From: Myxococcota bacterium
Lineage (GTDB): Bacteria > Myxococcota_A > UBA9160 > UBA4427
Length of the DNA stretch: 64,000 nt
Direction: 5' to 3'
Assembly (NCBI GenBank): GCA_965223565.1
Contig: CBDCWV010000010.1
Coordinates: 110,927 to 174,926 of the forward strand
The notes under the pieces were generated by a model. It did not search any database. It was not told the DNA's origin and saw nothing but the letters and a program-made list of their open reading frames with translations. A program made the position numbers and the translations under genes. Shown here in pieces: positions 56,765-64,000 of this stretch (position 1 is the first letter of the stretch; every line of letters begins with the position of its first letter).

Positions 56765-57640
56765 ATGGCGGCGAGCAAGAAGAAAGCGACCAGAAAGCCG
56801 GCGAAGAAGGCGGCCAAGAAGCCCGCGAGCGCGAAGAAGAAAGCGAAGTCGGCGAGCGCGAAGAGCAAGAAGAAGTCGGCCCGACGACCCAAGGCCGCCG
56901 CCAAGAAGAAGACGGCCCGGAAAGCGGCCAAGAGCGCCGCCACGAGCAAGTCCCGAGCGAAGAAGACCGCGGCGAAGCCGAAGGCCAAGCGCGCGGCCAA
57001 ATCCACGGCCCGGTCGGCCGCAAAGACGTCCGCCAAGAGCCGAGCAGCCGGCACCCGGAAGTCGGCCTCCCGGGCGACGGCGGGAGCCGCGAAGGCCAAG
57101 GGGACGAAGGCTGCGGCCAAATCGAAGACCGCGAGCAAGGCCGTCGCCAAGAAGGACGCGGAGAAGACAGCCTCCAAGAAGGCCGCGGCGAGCGGCGCAG
57201 CCCCCGCCGGCAAGGCCGGAGCCGCCGAAAAGGCGGCGCCCGCCAAGAAGGCGCGACCAAAGAAGCCGGTCACGCCGAGCGGGCCACGCCACCCGAAGCT
57301 CGGCTACAAGTGGACCTGCTTCGAGTGCAGCGCCAAGTTCTACGATCTCGGCAAGGAAGAGCCGCTGTGCCCGAAATGCCAGGCGGACCAGCGCGATCGG
57401 CCACCGGAGGAGCCGAAGGCGACGACCGAGGTGCCCAAGCCCAAGGTCGTGCGGCCGATGGCCCAGCTGCTGGACGACGAGGAGCCCGCGCCCTCGCCCG
57501 AGGAAGAGCTAATCGACGATCCGGCGTCGCCTGCCGAAGAGATGTTCGACGACACCGAAGACGACGCGGCCGGCCTCGATATCGACGACGAGGCCGATAC
57601 CGATACCACTGCGGGTCCGCCCGAGATCGACGAGCTCTAG
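56765..57640 (+). CDS. Histone H1-like Lys/Ala-rich region fused to FYDLN-acid zinc ribbon and acidic tail
   Basis: KKAAKKPA-type repeats, then [21 protein letters not shown], then an Asp/Glu-rich tail. GGAGAGG ribosome-binding site. Confidence 0.82.
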   Translation: MAASKKKATRKPAKKAAKKPASAKKKAKSASAKSKKKSARRPKAAAKKKTARKAAKSAATSKSRAKKTAAKPKAKRAAKSTARSAAKTSAKSRAAGTRKSASRATAGAAKAKGTKAAAKSKTASKAVAKKDAEKTASKKAAASGAAPAGKAGAAEKAAPAKKARPKKPVTPSGPRHPKLGYKWTCFECSAKFYDLGKEEPLCPKCQADQRDRPPEEPKATTEVPKPKVVRPMAQLLDDEEPAPSPEEELIDDPASPAEEMFDDTEDDAAGLDIDDEADTDTTAGPPEIDEL

Positions 57641-57719
57641 ATGCGAGACGGAGATGCGAGCCCGTCACTCGGGTCGGCGTCCGGCGACCCACACACCGCG
57701 TACGGGACGGAATCCAGGC

Positions 57720-58187
57720 TCAGATCCGGATGAGTCGATTGAGGTGGCGCTTGAAGCCCTCGCCGAAATTCTCGCGGAGCGAGAGCTCGCGGTCGAGCTC
57801 GGCAATCTGGGCCTCGCGGTCCGCCACACCCGCCGCCGCATCGCGAATCGCGGAGCTCGCGCGGGCCGTCTGCTGGAACTGAGCGACGTTGCCGGAGATC
57901 GATCCGACGTCGCCGCGGGGTCGAACACGACCGAGGCGCGCCTGATCGAAACGTGAGCGCATGCCCGCGAGCTCGCCCGCATAGGCCTCGCGGAGCGCGG
58001 CCAGGTCCGCCGCGGCATAGCTCTCGTAGGGCCGATTGCCTTCCGTCGCGCGCTCGATCTGCAGATTGCGGTGGTAGTTCCAGGCGCCGGCCCCGGCCAG
58101 CAGGGCCAGCAGCAACAGGATCGAGCCCGTCGCGCGGCCGGCGATACGACGCGTGCTCGACGTAGATGTCCGGGTCCGTGGCCTCAT
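57720..58187 (-). CDS. Hypothetical membrane-anchored coiled-coil protein
   Basis: One TM (ILLLLALLAGAGAW) then helical segments; downstream of slt on the same strand. Confidence 0.6.
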   Translation of the reverse strand: MRPRTRTSTSSTRRIAGRATGSILLLLALLAGAGAWNYHRNLQIERATEGNRPYESYAAADLAALREAYAGELAGMRSRFDQARLGRVRPRGDVGSISGNVAQFQQTARASSAIRDAAAGVADREAQIAELDRELSLRENFGEGFKRHLNRLIRI

Positions 58188-58304
58188 GGCGATCGCCTCC
58201 CCGCTCGACGTCTCGAGACGCCGGCACGAGCTCGACCGCGTCATCGACCGATCGGGGCCTCGGCTCAAGCTTCGCGATGTGTCGTGTCCGGCGGTGCTCA
58301 CGGC

Positions 58305-60476
58305 TCAATAGAGCAACCGGTAGGCCTGCAGACTTCGCATCACCCTTTTCACGTAACTCCTCGTCTGTGAATAGGGAATTGATTCCACCCATTCGTCGTC
58401 CGGGCGCGGGTCGCTGCGAATCCAGTCGCGCACGACGTGGGGACCCGCGTTGTAGCTCGCGATCGACGCGGAGAGCTTGGTCGGGAAGAGCGCCGTCAGC
58501 TCGGCCAGGTAGAAAGAGCCGAGCTCGATGTTCGTGCGCGGATCGAAGAGGTCGTCCGGCGAGAACGTGGCGCGCCCGCTGCGCGAGGCCAGCCCCTCTC
58601 CGGTCTCGCGCATGATCTGGAGCAGACCCCGTGCCCCGACCGGGGAGACCACCTTGGGGCGGTAGCCACTCTCCTCGCGCATGATCGAGTAGACGAGCTC
58701 CGGATCGACGCTGCCGTCGCGCGCGGTCGCAGCGTCGACCAACGAGGCGAAGGCCGAGGGCCAGGCGTACCACCAGAGCTCTTCGAGATCGGCGACGGGC
58801 CCGCGCGCGAGTGGTGCCTGGTAGGCATCGACCACGAGCCGTTGGGCGCGATTGTAGTCCCCCGCCGAGGTCAGCAGGCGGGCCAGCGCGACGCGGTCGT
58901 CGAGCCCCCGGGCCTGCCGTGTCAGTCGCGCGGTCTCGGCGCCCCCCGCCTCGACCAGACCCGCCTCCATCAGGATCCGGATCCGCTCGAGCGCTCGGGC
59001 CGGCAGGACCGAACGTCCACGTGTGATCTCGTGATCGGGTCCTGCGAGATCGGTGATGCCTGCGCGTTCCCGGGCGCGCCAGCCGTAGTAGGCGAGCGGA
59101 TACTCACGCGCGAGATCTCGGAACAGGGTGCGCGCGAGGTCGCCCTGCCCGGCGGCCTCGAGTGCCCGACCCCGCCAATAGAGGGGGCGCAGGCGATCGA
59201 TCGGGTCCGCCGTGGCCGCCGCGAGCGATTCGAATCGCGCCGCCGCCTCGCGATATCGACCGTGCCGGTAGTCGCTCCAGCCGAGTCGCCAGAGTGCGGC
59301 CCGACTCATCCCACCCTGTCCTGGGTCCTTGGCGAGGACACGGAAGTGGGCGCGCGCCTCTTCGTCCCGATCGCGACCGTCGAGCAGGAGCGCCGCCAGA
59401 TAGTGGGCACGCAGCCGGTTCGGACCCGGCTTGCGCGCGATCTTCTCGAAGGCGGCGATCGACTCGGGCACGCGATCGGCGCGCGCCATCGAACGCGCCA
59501 GCCAGATCGGCGTATCGCCCGTCTGCGGCAGCGAACCGAAGGCCTGGACCGCTTCGGGGTAGCGTCGCATCCGGAAGAGCGTATGCGCCCGCTGCTTGCG
59601 AACGCGCCTCGCCTCGGACTTCGAGAGCCCCAATGCGAGTGCACGGTCGTAGGCGACGAGCGCCTCGTCGTTCATGCGCTCGCGGTAGAGCTCGTCGGCA
59701 CGCCGTCGCCAATGCGTCGCGTCGCGCAGGCGCTCGCCGAGGTGCGCCTCGATCACGTCGAGCCGATGGTTGGCCTGCTCGGCCTCGTCACTCGAAGGAT
59801 GGGCGTACCAGAGCAGTCGCCAGGTGATCCCAGCCGCGCGGTCCTCACCCGAACGCTCCTCGCTACGCGCGACCTTCTGCAGGATCGCCGCGCGCATCGC
59901 GTCATCGTCGGTCTCGGCGAGCGCGGAGGCCCAGGCTTCGCGGGCAGCGGACTCGTCCCGATTCGCCGCGAGCGTCTCACCGACCAGATCGTGGAGCTCG
60001 GCAGCGAGCGGCGAGTCGGCGAAGCGGGAGAGCGTTCCGACTGCGATCTGGCGCGCCGCGTCGACGCGACCCGACTCGAATTGCAGACGCGCACGCAACA
60101 AGCCGGCGTGATCGCCGACGATCGGATGACGTGCAATCAGCTGCGCGTAGAGCCAGTCCGCGTGGGAGACGTCCTGTTGATCGATCGCATCGGCAGCCGC
60201 GCGCAGCAGCGCGGCGGGATCGTCGAGCAGCACTTCGCTCCGGGCGCGCAGGACCCGATCGGCCGGCAGCCTCGGCAGCCCGTCCACGTTCGCGGCTGCT
60301 GGGGGCGCGGCTGCCGGCGAGCGAGCGCCCTGCCCCGCGCCACCGCTCCCGGCACGCTCGGCTGCACCGGGCGGCTGGGCGGCGGCGAAGACGCCGAGCG
60401 AGACGACGAGCGCCGGCAAGAGCCGATGCCTGTCGATCTGCAGACGCTGTCCCGGGGTCCATCGAGGCAAGATCAT
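58305..60476 (-). CDS. Soluble lytic transglycosylase (Slt-like) with TPR-like repeats
   Basis: IMREES, GARGLLQIM, ASYNAGP, WVESIPYSQTRSYV. Confidence 0.9.
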   Translation of the reverse strand: MILPRWTPGQRLQIDRHRLLPALVVSLGVFAAAQPPGAAERAGSGGAGQGARSPAAAPPAAANVDGLPRLPADRVLRARSEVLLDDPAALLRAAADAIDQQDVSHADWLYAQLIARHPIVGDHAGLLRARLQFESGRVDAARQIAVGTLSRFADSPLAAELHDLVGETLAANRDESAAREAWASALAETDDDAMRAAILQKVARSEERSGEDRAAGITWRLLWYAHPSSDEAEQANHRLDVIEAHLGERLRDATHWRRRADELYRERMNDEALVAYDRALALGLSKSEARRVRKQRAHTLFRMRRYPEAVQAFGSLPQTGDTPIWLARSMARADRVPESIAAFEKIARKPGPNRLRAHYLAALLLDGRDRDEEARAHFRVLAKDPGQGGMSRAALWRLGWSDYRHGRYREAAARFESLAAATADPIDRLRPLYWRGRALEAAGQGDLARTLFRDLAREYPLAYYGWRARERAGITDLAGPDHEITRGRSVLPARALERIRILMEAGLVEAGGAETARLTRQARGLDDRVALARLLTSAGDYNRAQRLVVDAYQAPLARGPVADLEELWWYAWPSAFASLVDAATARDGSVDPELVYSIMREESGYRPKVVSPVGARGLLQIMRETGEGLASRSGRATFSPDDLFDPRTNIELGSFYLAELTALFPTKLSASIASYNAGPHVVRDWIRSDPRPDDEWVESIPYSQTRSYVKRVMRSLQAYRLLY

Positions 60477-60656
60477 CGCTCCTCGCGCTTGCGCAGCCGA
60501 CCTTCTCGGTCGGCGGGCGCTCAGTCTGACGGCGGCCCGTGGCTGCGAAAAGGGCCTGAATCCACCCGGACGTTTCGAACGATCGGGCGACACATTGAGG
60601 GGAAGGAAACGCAAAGTTACCGTGTCGCCGCTTTGATTCCGATTCCCTCGCAACTC

Positions 60657-61955
60657 GTGTGCACACTGCGCGGCCTGATCGCCGTCGTCCTCCTCGCTGG
60701 CTGCGCGCCGGACGAGCTGCGCGAGACACCGCATGCGACGGCGCGATCGAGCGAGGTCGGCGCGGGCGCGGGAGAGGCTCCCGGGAGCGACGAAACGAAA
60801 GCCAGCTCCGGGCGGGACCCGGCGCGCGCGCGGGGTCTCTGGGTCCTCGCCGAAGGCAGCTACCGCGTGTTGGCCGATCCGACGCGCATCGATCCCCTGC
60901 TCGAGCGCGCGGCACGGCTCGGTGTAACGGATCTCTTCGTCCAGGTCTATCGCGGCGGCAGGGCCTTCTACGCGGCCGGTCCGGACGTCGAACGCGCACC
61001 CGAGGTCGCGCGGTCGCTGGCGCGCGACGTCGACGTGCTCGCGACGTTGATCGAGGCGGCACACGCGCAGGATCTGCGCGTTCACGCCTGGGTGAACGTC
61101 CTCTCGCTGTCGACCCGGGCGGATGCGTCCGTGATCGCGCGGCTGGGCCGGGAGGCGATCCTGGTCGATCGTCACGGTCGCTCGCTGCTCGACTATCCTG
61201 ACTTCGACGTGCCACCGCCGGATCGCGACTACTATCGAATGGGAACCCGTGGCCTCTACCTCGATCCCGCCGTTCGCGCCGTTCGAGACCATCTGGTCGA
61301 CACGTTTCGCGATCTGCTGCTTCGCTACCCCGAGCTCGATGGACTCCATCTCGACTACATTCGGCATCCCGGCGTTCTCCCCTTCAGTCCAGGCTCGCGC
61401 TTCGGCGTCGGACTCGAGTTCGGCTACGGCGCCGAGAGTCGCGCGCGCTACCGCGCCGAGACCGGTGGCCCCGATCCGATCGACGGCGCGCCGCCGGGTG
61501 CGGTTCGCGCTGCCGCTGCCTGGGATGCCTGGCGTCGGCATCAAGTGACGACGCTGGTCGACGAGATCGCGGCCGCGAGCCGTGCGACACGGCCCGGGAT
61601 CGTGCTGTCGGCCGCCGTGATCGCCTATCGGGATCGGGCCTATCTCTCACTCGCACAGGATTGGAAGGGCTGGCTCGAACGCGACTCGATCGACCTCGCG
61701 ATCCCGATGGTCTACACGCTCGACGACCGGCTGCTGCGCTACCAGCTCGAGGACTTCGCCGGCTGGGCGATCGCCGATCGGATCTGGCCCGGCCTCGGGG
61801 TCTGGCTCTTCTCCGATGCGCCGGAACGGGCCGTCGCCCAGCTGTCGGCCCTGCGGGCCGGGGGATTCTCTGGCGAGGTGCTCTTCTCCGACGACGCGCT
61901 CGCGACGGCACCGGCGCTCGTCGAGGCGCTGGCGATCGCGACGCCCGACCGATGA
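60657..61955 (+). CDS. Glycoside hydrolase lipoprotein, GH10-like/DUF187 (YddW/DigH-like)
   Basis: Lipobox LLAGC, LFVQVYRGG, VHAWVN, YLDP, DGLHLDYIR, PMVY. Start could be 60633. Confidence 0.78.
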   Translation: MCTLRGLIAVVLLAGCAPDELRETPHATARSSEVGAGAGEAPGSDETKASSGRDPARARGLWVLAEGSYRVLADPTRIDPLLERAARLGVTDLFVQVYRGGRAFYAAGPDVERAPEVARSLARDVDVLATLIEAAHAQDLRVHAWVNVLSLSTRADASVIARLGREAILVDRHGRSLLDYPDFDVPPPDRDYYRMGTRGLYLDPAVRAVRDHLVDTFRDLLLRYPELDGLHLDYIRHPGVLPFSPGSRFGVGLEFGYGAESRARYRAETGGPDPIDGAPPGAVRAAAAWDAWRRHQVTTLVDEIAAASRATRPGIVLSAAVIAYRDRAYLSLAQDWKGWLERDSIDLAIPMVYTLDDRLLRYQLEDFAGWAIADRIWPGLGVWLFSDAPERAVAQLSALRAGGFSGEVLFSDDALATAPALVEALAIATPDR

Positions 61956-63190
61956 CCGCCGCCGATTCGCGGTCCGATCCGCTCGCGCTACTCGACGACT
62001 ACGACTTCGAGCTGCCGCCGCGGGCGATCGCGCAGACGGCGACGCAAGAACGCGACGCCGCGCGCATGCTCGTGCTCGATCGCGCGAGCGGCGCGATCGT
62101 CGACCCGGCGGGCGACCCCCGCGTGCGGGACCTGCCCGCCTGGCTGCGTCCCGGCGACCTCCTGGTCGTCAACACGACGCGCGTCCTGCCGGCGCGCCTG
62201 GCTGGCCGCAAAGCGAGCGGCGGGGCTGCGGAAGCCCTGCTCTTGGGTCGGGAGTCGTCGTCCGAAGCGCTGGCCGACGAGGTCGTGGGGGCGCCACCCG
62301 CAACGAGGACCAGCGAAATCGAGGCGCAGCCAGCCGCCCCCAGCCAGCGCCGATATCGTGCCCTGCTCAGGTGCACGGGTCGGGTTCGCGAGGGGCTCGC
62401 ACTACGTTTCGGCGAGGGCGACACGATCGTGGCGGTGGTGGTCGCGATCCACGAACGCGGCGAGGTCACGCTCGCGTTCGATGCGGACGTCGACCCCTAT
62501 CGGGTCGGATCAGCGCCGCTCCCCCCGTATATCCGTCGACCGACCGCGGCGGCAACGGCGGGAACCGGCGACGCGGAAGCAGCCACCCGCGCGGCGGATC
62601 TCGAGCGGTACCAGACGGTCTACGCGCGCGAGCCCGGGGCGGTCGCCGCGCCGACGGCAGGGCTCCACTTCACACAGTCCCTCTTCGAGGCGCTCGCCGC
62701 ACGCGGGATCGAACGGGCCGAGGTCGTATTACACGTCGGGGCTGGGACCTTTCGTCCCCTCGACGCCGACGCGCTCGAGACGGGCCGGCTGCATGCCGAG
62801 CGTTTCGAGCTGCCCGAACGGACCGTGCGAGCCGTCACGCAGACCCGCGCGCGCGGCGGCCGGATCGTCGCGGTCGGGACGACGACGACGCGTGTGCTCG
62901 AGAGCTGCGTCGATGCAGCAGGCGAGCTCGTCGCACGCCGTGGCGAGACGACGCTCTTCCTGCGCCCTGGTGGTCCGCCGATTCGCGTCGTCGACGCACT
63001 CTTCACGAATTTCCATTTGCCGCGCTCGTCCCTCCTGCTGCTCGTCGCGGCGTTCATCGGCCGCAAGCCGCTGCTCGACGCCTACGCGCACGCGCTCGCC
63101 CGCGGCTATCGATTCTATTCCTATGGTGACGCCATGTTGGTCCTGCCCGACGCTCGGCAGGAAGCGAGCATGCGCGGAGAGCGACCGTGA
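61952..63190 (+). CDS. queA: S-adenosylmethionine:tRNA ribosyltransferase-isomerase
   Basis: YDFELP..IAQ, VVNTTRV, PLPPYI, RYQTVYA, AAPTAGLHF, LHVGAGTF, VGTT, YRFYSYGDAM. Confidence 0.97.
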   Translation: MTAADSRSDPLALLDDYDFELPPRAIAQTATQERDAARMLVLDRASGAIVDPAGDPRVRDLPAWLRPGDLLVVNTTRVLPARLAGRKASGGAAEALLLGRESSSEALADEVVGAPPATRTSEIEAQPAAPSQRRYRALLRCTGRVREGLALRFGEGDTIVAVVVAIHERGEVTLAFDADVDPYRVGSAPLPPYIRRPTAAATAGTGDAEAATRAADLERYQTVYAREPGAVAAPTAGLHFTQSLFEALAARGIERAEVVLHVGAGTFRPLDADALETGRLHAERFELPERTVRAVTQTRARGGRIVAVGTTTTRVLESCVDAAGELVARRGETTLFLRPGGPPIRVVDALFTNFHLPRSSLLLLVAAFIGRKPLLDAYAHALARGYRFYSYGDAMLVLPDARQEASMRGERP

Positions 63191-64000
63191 TGTTGGGGGC
63201 GTTCGGCTTCGAGATCGAAGCCAGAGACGGTCTTGCGCGTACGGCGCGACTCGCGACGCCCCACGGCGTGATCGAGACGCCGACGTTCATGCCCGTCGCG
63301 ACGTTCGGTGCGGTGCGTGGGCTCTCGAATGCCGAGCTCGCCGGGGCCGGTGCGCAGATCCTCCTCTCGAATACCTATCATCTCCACGAGCGACCGGGCG
63401 AGGACGTGATCGCCGAGCTCGGCGGGCTGCACGGCTTCACGGGCTGGCGCGGCCCCTGGCTCACGGATAGCGGCGGCTTCCAGATCACGTCGCTCGCCGA
63501 CCGCGCGAAGATCGACGAGCAGGGTGTCACGTTCGCCTCCCCGCTCGACGGTCGCCGCCGGCTGCTCTCGCCCGAACGCGCGATCGAGATCCAGCAGGCG
63601 CTCGAATCCGATCTCGCGATGGTGCTCGACGAGTGTCTACCGATCGCACAGGCCCCCGGCGGTCGCACCGATCCCGCCGCGCTCGAGCGTGCGATGGAAC
63701 GAACCCTTCGCTGGGCCGAACGCTCGCGCCAGGCGCGCACGCGGAAGGACCAGGCGGTCTTCGCGATCGTTCAGGGGGGCACCTCCGTCGCGCTGCGCAG
63801 GCGCAGTGCCGCAGCGACGGCGGCGCTCGGCTTCGACGGTCATGCCCATGGCGGACTCGGCCTGGGCGAGACGCGCGCGGAGCGACGTGCGGCGGTCGAG
63901 GCCGGACATGCCGAGCTCCCCGAGGATCGGCCGCGCTACCTGATGGGACTCGGGCGTCCGATCGATCTGCTCGATGGCGTCGCGGCCGGCGTCGACCTGT
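63190..64000 (+). CDS. tgt: tRNA-guanine transglycosylase, 3' truncated by window
   Basis: Translated by hand (absent from ORF track): TPHGVIETPTFMPV, NTYHL, TDSGGFQ, LDEC, IVQGG, PRYLMG. Confidence 0.95.
   Translation, partial: MLGAFGFEIEARDGLARTARLATPHGVIETPTFMPVATFGAVRGLSNAELAGAGAQILLSNTYHLHERPGEDVIAELGGLHGFTGWRGPWLTDSGGFQITSLADRAKIDEQGVTFASPLDGRRRLLSPERAIEIQQALESDLAMVLDECLPIAQAPGGRTDPAALERAMERTLRWAERSRQARTRKDQAVFAIVQGGTSVALRRRSAAATAALGFDGHAHGGLGLGETRAERRAAVEAGHAELPEDRPRYLMGLGRPIDLLDGVAAGVDL

Noticed and set aside
58305-61955. Apparent 1079-aa and 1172-aa overlapping giant ORFs
   Set aside because: Each is a real gene plus a stop-free upstream extension antisense to the other; trimmed to slt and the GH10-like gene.

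Overview
High-GC diderm bacterial chromosome segment. The gene repertoire suggests Myxococcota/deltaproteobacteria, which is an inference only. All calls come from reading translations by eye; no database search was run, and family names and residue numbering are recalled. Layout: (1) 1-3.2 kb: LysM/M23 lipoprotein, PAS-GGDEF-EAL protein and tRNA-Arg(CCT). (2) About 3.2-41.9 kb: a dense tract of small-molecule enzymes (SDR, SnoaL/NTF2 proteins, five luciferase-like oxidoreductases, amidohydrolases, TauD, P450, phosphotransferase, two sulfotransferases, BKACE, peroxiredoxin, nitrobindin). It includes a TetR-linked, three-gene B12 mutase operon whose large subunit has lost most canonical substrate- and CoA-contacting residues; this is the best candidate for an undescribed enzyme system here. 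(3) About 42-51 kb: envelope/EPS and signalling genes (CAAX-like protease, His-less Hpt-like protein, sxtI/J/K-like carbamoyltransferase triad, ExeA-like ATPase, Wza-like exporter, FHA protein, nitrilase, degenerate sigma54-activator homolog). (4) 51-64 kb: core genes mutL-miaA-der, a TPR protein, a histone-H1-like/FYDLN zinc-ribbon fusion, Slt, a GH10-like lipoprotein, queA and a partial tgt. No CRISPR array, rRNA, integrase or transposase was recognised.
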